Below are positions 45,490-54,069 of a stretch of 54,947 bases of DNA, one piece after another (position 1 is the first letter of the stretch; each line of letters starts with the position of its first letter). A program made the position numbers and the translations under genes. The stretch comes from Candidatus Aenigmatarchaeota archaeon (lineage in GTDB: Archaea > Aenigmatarchaeota > Aenigmatarchaeia > CG10238-14 > SpSt-28). The DNA lies in contig JAWBAC010000004.1 of the NCBI GenBank assembly GCA_038997355.1, positions 1 to 54,947 on the forward strand, read 5' to 3'. The notes beneath the pieces are model-generated. The model saw only the letters and a program-made list of their open reading frames with translations, searched no databases and was not told the DNA's origin.

Positions 45490-45954
45490 TTATTTTGACT
45501 TTTTCTCTAAAAAGTATAATAAAATCTTTCTTATAATATCTATCACAACAGCAAACATTAGCAAATAGAAAATTATTCGATATTCCACTTTCAAATAAAC
45601 TCTATCTATTCCAAAGATATTTTCCAGCGGCAAACTCAAATAACCAAAATTTAGTATAAGAACTAAGAAAATAAAAATAAAAATCGAATATAACATAGAA
45701 AACAAAAATCCCATAGTTCGAGTAAATAAATTTGAAAGAACAGCAAAAATTACTATTAGAATTCCTAAGGTAAACAGAATGTATATCTTTGATTCTTCAA
45801 AAAATAAAATACTAATCTTACAAAAATCCAAATTGAAAAATTTACAATCATAAAGTTCGTATGAATATAAAATTAAAAGTAGAAAGAAAAGAGGAAAAAT
45901 AATAAAATTTATTATTCCAACAAAAAAAGCTTTTAGAACTAATTTTAAGTCCAT
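45490..45954 (-). CDS. four-TM membrane protein
   Basis: Four hydrophobic segments. Confidence 0.65.
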   Translation of the reverse strand: MDLKLVLKAFFVGIINFIIFPLFFLLLILYSYELYDCKFFNLDFCKISILFFEESKIYILFTLGILIVIFAVLSNLFTRTMGFLFSMLYSIFIFIFLVLILNFGYLSLPLENIFGIDRVYLKVEYRIIFYLLMFAVVIDIIRKILLYFLEKKSK

Positions 45955-45955
45955 G

Positions 45956-46480
45956 CTATACAGGAAGCGAAATTAATTTACTTGCATTTATTTCTCCAAG
46001 AAATTCAAACTTCACAAAGTCTTGCATGTTAAGTCTTATTAACAAATTAAATTTTGATTTAGATAATTCATTTAAAATTTCTTCTCTAACTAATTTTTCA
46101 TCTTTAGTTTTATTAAATAATTCCAAAACATACATCATAAATTCCTCTTGCATCGAAGAAAGATTAAACTTTGGTTCTATCTCTTTTGTTTCGCCGTTTT
46201 TTAAGTTAACATCTTCTATTTTAACTATTTCAAATGATTTTGAAAAAATTGAAAAATTACCATAAACGTCAAAATCTTTAATTTCAAAGAAAGATGGATT
46301 CGAAAAGACTATATTTTTTACTTCTTTTCCTTCGAAAATTTTTTGGAGCTGAATTGAATTGTATGAAAAAAACATCATTATGCTTAAAAACGATGCTACA
46401 AATATTATAATTGCAAATAAAACTAGTAAACTAGAAAGTGCAATTAAACCAAAATTAACAATTTTTGATTTATTATCCAT
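45956..46480 (-). CDS. membrane-anchored hypothetical protein
   Basis: N-terminal TM helix followed by a beta-rich soluble domain. Confidence 0.6.
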   Translation of the reverse strand: MDNKSKIVNFGLIALSSLLVLFAIIIFVASFLSIMMFFSYNSIQLQKIFEGKEVKNIVFSNPSFFEIKDFDVYGNFSIFSKSFEIVKIEDVNLKNGETKEIEPKFNLSSMQEEFMMYVLELFNKTKDEKLVREEILNELSKSKFNLLIRLNMQDFVKFEFLGEINASKLISLPV

Positions 46481-46512
46481 TATAAATAATTATTATAAAA
46501 CAATAATTTATT

Positions 46513-46836
46513 ATGGAGTTTGGAATAAAGGTTAAAAAGAAAAATGGAAAAGTCGAAGATTTTATAATAGAAAAAATTGTTGTAAGCTTACTTAGAAGCG
46601 GCGCAGATATTAATACAGCAAGAAGAATTGCATACATCGTTTTAGGCAGATTATTAGAAAAAAAGAAAAAAGAAGTTTCAACAAAAGAGTTAACAAAACT
46701 AATTTTGAACTTATTAAAGAAAGAAGATAAGAATGCCTACAAAAACTGGATAATATTTAATAAATACCTAAAAAAGAAAAAGAAAGAAGCAGAAGCAGAA
46801 ATTTCTAAGAACCTTTTAGAATATTTAAAAAAATAA
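46513..46836 (+). CDS. stand-alone ATP-cone domain protein
   Basis: V.KKNG.VEDF..EKI..S....GA....A..IA and VST.EL...I...L pattern. Confidence 0.82.
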   Translation: MEFGIKVKKKNGKVEDFIIEKIVVSLLRSGADINTARRIAYIVLGRLLEKKKKEVSTKELTKLILNLLKKEDKNAYKNWIIFNKYLKKKKKEAEAEISKNLLEYLKK

Positions 46837-46853
46837 AAAAAGAGGGAAAGAGA

Positions 46854-48005
46854 TTATTTCAAAACATCAATACCTAACAAACTGCTAGTTTCTTTTGTTA
46901 ATCCTCTTTCAACAGCAACTCTTCCTAAAATGTATGGAGATTTAACTCCAGTAACTATTGTAATTACTTGTATTCTTCCTTCGTATTCTGGCATAATTCT
47001 AGCTCCAATGAAAACTGTTGCACTTGGATCTAATTGAGAATATACATGATGCATTATTTGATGTACTTCTTCTAATTTCAAATCCTCTCCACCAGTAACA
47101 TGAATTAATGCACCTGCAGCTCCTGTATAATCAACATCTATTAATGGGTTTTGTAATGCTTTCATAACAGCATCTCTTGCTCTATCGCTAGAAGAACTTT
47201 CAGCAATTCCTAATGCAGCAACACCTCCACCAGTACTCATTACGCTTCTTACATCAGCATAATCTAAGTTAATTAAGCTTGGTAATGTTATTGTTTCTGT
47301 AATTCCTTTTATCATGTTAGCAACCAATTCATCTGCAACTGCAAATGCTTGTTGTAATGTTAAGTTTCCAGCATATTTCAATAATCTGTCGTTTTCGATT
47401 ACAATAACAGTATCAGCATGTTCTCTCAATCTAGCCAAACCTTCTTCTGCTTTGAATCTTCTTGATCCTTCTGCACTAAATGGCATTTCTACTACACCAA
47501 TAACTAATGCTCCCATAGATTTTGCAATTTCTGCAACTACAGGCGCTGCTCCGGTACCTGTACCTTTACCTAAACCAGCTAATACGAATACCATATCTGC
47601 ACCTTCTAATGCTTCTTTAATTTCGTTTCTACTTTCTTCAGCAGCTTTTCTTCCTACTTCAGGAATTCCTCCACAACCTAAACCTCTTGTTAATTCTTTT
47701 CCTATTAAAATTCTTTTGTCTGCTTTAGTTACTGCTAAATGTTTTGCATCAGTATTTAATGCTACAGTTGTTGCACCATAAACTCCTAATTCATGTAATC
47801 TAGTAATTGTATTACAACCAGCACCACCTACACCTACAGCAACTATTTTTGCTTTTTTAACATCTACACCAAATTGTTCTTTTGCTAATTGAAAGTAATC
47901 AACATCTTTTCTAATTACTCCACTGGACAATCTTGAAGCAGCTGCCAATTGTGGATTTTCTCCTTCCAATGCTCTTCTTAGTGCGTTTTTTATTATAGTT
48001 TCCAT
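46854..48005 (-). CDS. ftsZ: cell division protein FtsZ
   Basis: GVGGAG.N, NTD..HL, GLG.GG.PE.G, GLGKGTGTG, PF..EG, LINLDYAD. Confidence 0.96.
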   Translation of the reverse strand: METIIKNALRRALEGENPQLAAASRLSSGVIRKDVDYFQLAKEQFGVDVKKAKIVAVGVGGAGCNTITRLHELGVYGATTVALNTDAKHLAVTKADKRILIGKELTRGLGCGGIPEVGRKAAEESRNEIKEALEGADMVFVLAGLGKGTGTGAAPVVAEIAKSMGALVIGVVEMPFSAEGSRRFKAEEGLARLREHADTVIVIENDRLLKYAGNLTLQQAFAVADELVANMIKGITETITLPSLINLDYADVRSVMSTGGGVAALGIAESSSSDRARDAVMKALQNPLIDVDYTGAAGALIHVTGGEDLKLEEVHQIMHHVYSQLDPSATVFIGARIMPEYEGRIQVITIVTGVKSPYILGRVAVERGLTKETSSLLGIDVLK

Positions 48006-48052
48006 ATTTTATCGAAATCTATATATATGAGTTACACGATTATCTATTTAGA

Positions 48053-48120
48053 AGCCCCAAAGCTATCTAATGCTAGCTAACGATAAATTAGCCCCCTAAT
48101 AGCCCCCAAAGCCCCTAATA
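48053..48120. repeat. four AGCCCC(C) repeats in the ftsZ/pilin intergenic region
   Basis: AGCCCCAAAGC at 48053, AGCCCCCTAAT at 48090, AGCCCCCAAAGC at 48101, AGCCCCTAATA at 48110. Confidence 0.8.
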
Positions 48121-48220
48121 TATTCTCTTATTTTTGTTTAACTTATTGATTTCTACAATTTTTTATATATGTTGTTTTTCTTTTTCAAAGTATTTATTTT
48201 CATGCAAAAAGAATATTATT

Positions 48221-48583
48221 ATGAAACTCCTCACAACAATAGAGCTAATAATAATAATAGTAGTTCTAGTAGTAACAGCACTTTTTATTTTAAGTTGGTT
48301 AGGCTTGGGAAGCAATCCACTAGACTGGTTCAAGAAACAAACAATAAAAAATACTTTTTGTTCTGAGATAATAGAAAGAACAAGATGTAATATGATAGAA
48401 GTCCCCAGTGTAGATGATCTAGGAATAAACGAGTATGATACATCAACAAAAATAAAGAATAGCGAAGTAGGTGTTGCCCAAAACCCGAATGATTATGCAA
48501 CATACAGAGATATTTGTAGATATTTAGGTCAGAGCGATTTTAAAAGCTGTTTAGTAAAGCTTTGCGGATGTAAAATTAAATAA
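48221..48583 (+). CDS. pilin-like protein with a Cys-rich C-domain
   Basis: MKLLTTIE followed by a long hydrophobic helix. Six Cys. Start at ATG 48221. Confidence 0.6.
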   Translation: MKLLTTIELIIIIVVLVVTALFILSWLGLGSNPLDWFKKQTIKNTFCSEIIERTRCNMIEVPSVDDLGINEYDTSTKIKNSEVGVAQNPNDYATYRDICRYLGQSDFKSCLVKLCGCKIK

Positions 48584-49864
48584 TCAACACTCCTTCAACT
48601 CTATTCTTTTTTCATATTTTTCTTGAGCTAATATCTCAACTTCTATAAGCAAAATAATTTCATCTAACTTTTCTGATTCATACTTACAAATTCCTAATTC
48701 ACTATAAATACTACATAAAGAGTATCCCCTTTCTTTTAACTTCTTTGCACAATCGTCCATGTTTTCCTTATAATTTTTTCCACAAATTCTTTCTATTAAT
48801 TCTTGAGTTTCCTTATTTACATTTAAACTTTCTGCAGTTACTTTTCCACCAGTGATTTTCTTTATTTCTATCTCATAAGGTTGAATTGTGCATTCAAAAC
48901 CATTTTCCTTAGAAAGATATACCTTACCATCAATCCACCTATTTACATCTATTAAACATTCTTTTTCTGATTTTACAGTTTCGATTCTTTTTTCAAAAAA
49001 AGTTTCTAGCTCCAAAGAATAATTTATGACCTTTATTTTAATTTTTTTGACAAAAACTTGGCTACCATCTAACTCTATACCTAAATCTAGCGGCAGCAAA
49101 TTGTTATAAGGTAAAGGAGAAGGTCTTAAATATACTGTTATTGGCGCTCTTCTAACATTCCACCTTACTCTGTCTTCTAGAGAATTTGTTTTTATTTCTG
49201 CTACACCACTAATTTTCGTTTCATAATTTATTATTGTAGAAATTCTTGGAGTTGCAGAGCAATACAAACTTTTTCCTGCAGAAAAATCTAAAGAATATAA
49301 TTTACAATCTTCCCAACAGATTTTGTTTGAATACGATTCTCCTTTATAGCATTCTCTAGGAGAAATTTCTATTAACGGTTTTTCAACTTCGCAGAAATTC
49401 ATTCCAGAAATTATAGAGTTATCAAAAACTTTCTTAAAAGAAATATCAAACCTCTTTTTACTTCCAGAATAAATTTCATCATTAATATCAACTTTATCTA
49501 TCACAAGTTTCTCTCTTTTAGAAGTAAGAAAGTATAGTTCTGAAGTAATGCTTAAAGATATGTTTGATTGATGCTCATTTCCTACATACATTGGAAAAGT
49601 AAAAAATGAAGAAGAATTAGTAAAATCTGGATAAGAAAAACTAACATCTAAATAACTGTCATATTTAATTTTAGGAAGCTGAAAATATTCTCTTATTTCT
49701 AATTTGTTTAAAATAGAATAAACCAAATAAAATATAATTAAAAAAACAAAGGAAAGTATAATAATCAAAACAAAAAGAATCTTTGATTTTTGCTCTTTTT
49801 CTTTATTCTTATCTTTTATATCTTTTAATTTTTCTGATAAATAGTTATAATCTATCCTCAGCAT
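48584..49864 (-). CDS. membrane-anchored Cys-rich extracellular protein
   Basis: Charged N-tail, one TM helix, beta-rich ectodomain with many Cys. Confidence 0.7.
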   Translation of the reverse strand: MLRIDYNYLSEKLKDIKDKNKEKEQKSKILFVLIIILSFVFLIIFYLVYSILNKLEIREYFQLPKIKYDSYLDVSFSYPDFTNSSSFFTFPMYVGNEHQSNISLSITSELYFLTSKREKLVIDKVDINDEIYSGSKKRFDISFKKVFDNSIISGMNFCEVEKPLIEISPRECYKGESYSNKICWEDCKLYSLDFSAGKSLYCSATPRISTIINYETKISGVAEIKTNSLEDRVRWNVRRAPITVYLRPSPLPYNNLLPLDLGIELDGSQVFVKKIKIKVINYSLELETFFEKRIETVKSEKECLIDVNRWIDGKVYLSKENGFECTIQPYEIEIKKITGGKVTAESLNVNKETQELIERICGKNYKENMDDCAKKLKERGYSLCSIYSELGICKYESEKLDEIILLIEVEILAQEKYEKRIELKEC

Positions 49865-50192
49865 AATAAAATATGATAAAATCTATACCTTCAATCTTTT
49901 CTTTTGGTTTAGCATAAACAGAATAAGTAATTACATTACCTTTTATTTCAACATCTTTAACTTCTATTATCAAGTAATTTCCCGAAAAACTAAAATTGGA
50001 TTTTTTCTCTTTTACAATTTGAGAAATTGTTGGTTTATAGGTTTCGAATTCGTTAATCATCTTAGATACTTTAGAAGATAAATCTATTATTTTTATTTCG
50101 CTACTTAAAAGAATACCAGAAAGATAAAAGACTATTATAAAAATAAATATCGGTAACAATAAAAACAATAACTGAGCTACAATACCTTTCAT
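49845..50192 (-). CDS. pilin-like protein (class III signal-peptide-like)
   Basis: MKG-IVAQ followed by a hydrophobic helix. Confidence 0.6.
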   Translation of the reverse strand: MKGIVAQLLFLLLPIFIFIIVFYLSGILLSSEIKIIDLSSKVSKMINEFETYKPTISQIVKEKKSNFSFSGNYLIIEVKDVEIKGNVITYSVYAKPKEKIEGIDFIIFYYAEDRL

Positions 50193-50578
50193 AGTTTAAT
50201 TATAATTTCAATCCTTTCATTTTTAAAAAGTAAATAGCAGTCATAGATTTCGTTAAGTTTTAACTTTCCTTCTTTTATAGAATAATCGTTAATAATTATC
50301 TCAAAAGCCTCTATACCTAAGGATTTTATTTTATTTTTGATAATATTGATGTTAGAATCGATATCTACATTATTTGCAACATTAATAACATTTTCTCTAA
50401 TATCAGAATTTATTAATATGTTGCATAAGTTTATTGCTTGAAGATTTTCTTTTTCTACTTTGAATTTAATAGTAACCTCTCTTTTTGGTAAATTGTCTAA
50501 CAAGAAAAATATGAATGAAAACGCAAAAATTCCAAAAATAATTGCTAAAAAAACATTTATTATTTTTGGAATTAACAT
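50189..50578 (-). CDS. N-terminally anchored small protein (pilin-like)
   Basis: N-terminal hydrophobic helix and two Cys. In the overlapping operon. Confidence 0.55.
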   Translation of the reverse strand: MLIPKIINVFLAIIFGIFAFSFIFFLLDNLPKREVTIKFKVEKENLQAINLCNILINSDIRENVINVANNVDIDSNINIIKNKIKSLGIEAFEIIINDYSIKEGKLKLNEIYDCYLLFKNERIEIIIKL

Positions 50579-50967
50579 ACTAAAACTATTCCCTCCACAT
50601 ATTTTTGATCCTTATAAAAAACTGCATAACTTTTTGCAACTTCTTTCTCTTTGGAACAATCTTTACCAAAAATAATATTTTCTCCTTCAACTATAAAGTT
50701 CATAGAAAAAACTTCGTTAATACAGAATTTTTTTGATTTTACTTTATTTAAATCTATTATTCCTTTACTTTTATCGGCTAAAATACATTTATCTCCCAAA
50801 ATAACATCCAAAAATCTTAATTTTTTAGAAATGTTTGAATCTTCTTTCACAATTTCTAAGTTATATTCGGTATAAAGAATAAAAGTTCCTAACGTAAAAG
50901 ATAAAGATATTACTATCAAAAGAACATCCAAACTTACTTCTGGAATTACATGAACTTGAAGTTTCAT
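50572..50967 (-). CDS. pilin-like protein
   Basis: MKLQ followed by a hydrophobic helix. CIL...KGIIDL.K motif. Confidence 0.55.
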   Translation of the reverse strand: MKLQVHVIPEVSLDVLLIVISLSFTLGTFILYTEYNLEIVKEDSNISKKLRFLDVILGDKCILADKSKGIIDLNKVKSKKFCINEVFSMNFIVEGENIIFGKDCSKEKEVAKSYAVFYKDQKYVEGIVLVC

Positions 50968-50968
50968 G

Positions 50969-51373
50969 TTACGATATAGAAATTTTGTCGTTTATTTTTG
51001 AAATTATAAGTTTTGTTGGAAACTCTCTGTTGCAAACTATTGGATTCTTAACATCTAAAACTATGTAACTTGGCTTATAGTATTCTTCGCTGTATTTTTC
51101 ATCTTTCAAATAAACAGTAACGTTATTATCAAAAAAGTATATTTTCATTTCACAGGGAGGCAAACTTATTATCATACTTATGTTCGATGTTGAAGAAGAT
51201 ATAGAAGATAAAATGTTTGCAAAAAATTCTGCTGATTGTTTTGAAATTATGTAGTTCTTTTTTACTATGTTTATCAGAAGTATATTAACAGAGAAATAAA
51301 CCATTATAACAACAAATATTCCAGAAAAGAAAAGTATAAGGTAGGTAATAAATGCAGATAACTTTAGTTTCAT
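50969..51373 (-). CDS. pilin-like protein
   Basis: MKLKL followed by a hydrophobic helix. ATGA overlap with the 888-aa gene gives start 51373. Confidence 0.55.
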   Translation of the reverse strand: MKLKLSAFITYLILFFSGIFVVIMVYFSVNILLINIVKKNYIISKQSAEFFANILSSISSSTSNISMIISLPPCEMKIYFFDNNVTVYLKDEKYSEEYYKPSYIVLDVKNPIVCNREFPTKLIISKINDKISIS

Positions 51374-54036
51374 GCCAAATTCGGAAAATATTGGTAAACT
51401 ACTGGCCAAACAAAAACACCATCTCTAAAGAAACTCATTCCTATGTTAAGAATCCAAGATAATATAGGACCGATTCCAGGAACAAAAAGTAATGCTGCAC
51501 TAGCTACATACTCACCTATTAAAGAAGATACATATGTATTAATGTATGCTTCTGTAGCAAAACAATAGTTTGGAATAGATAGTTTCGATTTATCTATTTC
51601 TGGCTTAACGTATATTGTTGCTTCTGTAGCATTTATATAGATTTTTAGCTTTGAATAGCATGGACTAACTAAATAAAATCTAGGATTCGAAGCTATAATG
51701 CTATTTCTCTCTAATTTAATGTTTTCTATTCCTATTTTTTTACAGCTATCTGGTAAATCGTATTGTCTTACACAAGCTCCTAACTGAACGCAAACCTTTT
51801 GTTCTTCACACATAGTTTGACATCCTTGAGGTAATTTTTGACCTTCATATCCATAAAGAGAAAAATATCTATCCCAATAACTTGCTCCTAATGGAGTATA
51901 TAGATCTATAGCTCTTAAAGAAGCATAACCTATTGGATTCTCTGTCATAAATTCAGCTAAATCTTCTCTGATTCTTAAAGTTTTTCCAGCTAATAATCCA
52001 TATAATCTTTCAATCTCTTTTTTATCTCCTTTTTCTATTCCTTCAAATAAAACTTCTCTAAAGGCTTGAAGAATATCATGATAAGTTAATTTGCCGCTAT
52101 TCTCTAATTGTATTAGTTTTTCTCCCAACAAACTATCTTTACTTACAACCAATAATATATTTTCTCCACTTTCATACTTCTTTATTGTGTTATCAATCAT
52201 TCTTAATAATTCATTTCTATCTCTTATTCCATACTTTTCGAATGCATCAATAACTTTCTTAGCAAACGCATCATCTTTTTCTATTCTGTCTTTCAAAGTT
52301 AATAAAGCTTCTCTTACTAGATTTCCATCTATTAATTTGTCATGTATTAAATTTAGACTATAGGAAAGATATGCTAAAAACTTTTTAGGATATCCAAACA
52401 AATATTCTTTGAGAGCAGCAGTAAAGCTTTCTGGATCGTAAGGATCGTATATAATTCTTTTAACTTTTCCCTGTTCATCATATTCAATTACAAAATCTCC
52501 ATATCTAGTAATTTTTTGACCTATAAGTTCATTTCTACTTTCTATTGCTATTTTTAAATCTTTCGCAAACTCGTTTTCATCTAAATCTATTTTTTCATAA
52601 TCTAATACTAATCTCTTTACATCGCTAGAATATAAAAAGCCTTTTTTCTCTAATATTCTTTCTACAGGCTTAATTAATGTATTTTCGGAAACTTCATCTA
52701 ATAAAGAATCAAATTCTTCGATAGTTAAAAATCCTTTAAATTGAGAAGTAAATTCAACATTTTCTATAGCACTCTTAAAATTATTTATTTCAATTCTCAA
52801 ATTTTTAAGTACTATTCTCATAGTTTCTAAATCATATTCTCGATTTGGTTTAGCTTCTAAATCGTCTAAAATTTCTTCTGCTTCTTCAACTAATTCTTCG
52901 GCTTCACTCAATTTTTCTTTTGCTTTTTCTAAATCATTTTCATCAACAAATTTTCTAGCATCTTCTATATACTTTTGAGCTTCGAGTATTCTATTAATAA
53001 ATTCCTCTAACTCTTTACTCTCCTTAGATGAAATCTTTACATATTCTTTTATAGCTTTCAATGAATTTGACAAATATTCAAGGAAATTCAAAAATGCTCT
53101 TTTTATGTCTTGCTTGAATAAGTATAACTTTGTTTTTATCCTGTCCTCTATTCTTGGCCACAAACTTTCAAAAAAATAAACCTTAGCTCTAGTAGTTGCA
53201 ATTCCTCCCAACGCACCATACAATAAACAATCTTCTATATCTTCTTCAGATATTAGAAAACAAATGCTAGTATATAAAACTGTTGTTTTAGATGCAAACT
53301 CTATGTTTTCAAGACATTTCTCACTTCCAAAAGTTTTTACACAAATTTTTAAAGTTTTTTCCTTTATTTCTATAACGTATTCTTTAGCTTTTTTAACTAA
53401 ATTTAGAACGAATTTCTCACCCTTTTCTATAGCATTTACTATAGGTTCCAACTTATCCTTTAAAGTGTTATAAACTTTTGAACTAAATTTTTTTAATTCG
53501 AAAGAAAAAGTTCCAATTCCTTTAGAAAGTAGATTCTTTAAACTTCCAACCTTTAAGAAATCTATTCCTCCAAAAAATGTTGCAAAAGCCATGCTTAATA
53601 ATAAATTAGTACTCCATGGCAAATCTTCGCTCCATGGAATAAAAAAGGCTTGTATGCTTTCTAATACACCTTGACCAAATTCATATGGAGGTTCTGGAGG
53701 AAATTTTTCCCAATAAATTTTATAATAAGGATCTCCTAAAGTAGAATATGGTAATGGAGTTTGAAACCCTAAAAAGCTTTTGAGATTTTCTGCTGCTTCT
53801 TGAAAAGTACTTTCAAATCTCTTTTGTGGAATTTCTATATAAACTTCTGTTGGATTATCTTTATTTGAAAGACTTTTACAAGCATTATCTAAGGCATTAT
53901 AAAATTTAATGAAATTTCTTTCTACAATTCTATCTGTTTCGTTATGAATTACTAACCACCAAAACAAAAAACCAATTATAACTGCAATAAACAATCCTAT
54001 AAGAAATCTTATACCAACTTCTTCCAAAACTTTCAT
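51370..54036 (-). CDS. large membrane-associated protein (888 aa)
   Basis: N-terminal TM, internal hydrophobic segments, long helical region, Cys-rich domain and C-terminal hydrophobic hairpin. Confidence 0.75.
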   Translation of the reverse strand: MKVLEEVGIRFLIGLFIAVIIGFLFWWLVIHNETDRIVERNFIKFYNALDNACKSLSNKDNPTEVYIEIPQKRFESTFQEAAENLKSFLGFQTPLPYSTLGDPYYKIYWEKFPPEPPYEFGQGVLESIQAFFIPWSEDLPWSTNLLLSMAFATFFGGIDFLKVGSLKNLLSKGIGTFSFELKKFSSKVYNTLKDKLEPIVNAIEKGEKFVLNLVKKAKEYVIEIKEKTLKICVKTFGSEKCLENIEFASKTTVLYTSICFLISEEDIEDCLLYGALGGIATTRAKVYFFESLWPRIEDRIKTKLYLFKQDIKRAFLNFLEYLSNSLKAIKEYVKISSKESKELEEFINRILEAQKYIEDARKFVDENDLEKAKEKLSEAEELVEEAEEILDDLEAKPNREYDLETMRIVLKNLRIEINNFKSAIENVEFTSQFKGFLTIEEFDSLLDEVSENTLIKPVERILEKKGFLYSSDVKRLVLDYEKIDLDENEFAKDLKIAIESRNELIGQKITRYGDFVIEYDEQGKVKRIIYDPYDPESFTAALKEYLFGYPKKFLAYLSYSLNLIHDKLIDGNLVREALLTLKDRIEKDDAFAKKVIDAFEKYGIRDRNELLRMIDNTIKKYESGENILLVVSKDSLLGEKLIQLENSGKLTYHDILQAFREVLFEGIEKGDKKEIERLYGLLAGKTLRIREDLAEFMTENPIGYASLRAIDLYTPLGASYWDRYFSLYGYEGQKLPQGCQTMCEEQKVCVQLGACVRQYDLPDSCKKIGIENIKLERNSIIASNPRFYLVSPCYSKLKIYINATEATIYVKPEIDKSKLSIPNYCFATEAYINTYVSSLIGEYVASAALLFVPGIGPILSWILNIGMSFFRDGVFVWPVVYQYFPNLA

Positions 54037-54069
54037 AATATACGTATTTGTTTAACTCATATATTAATT

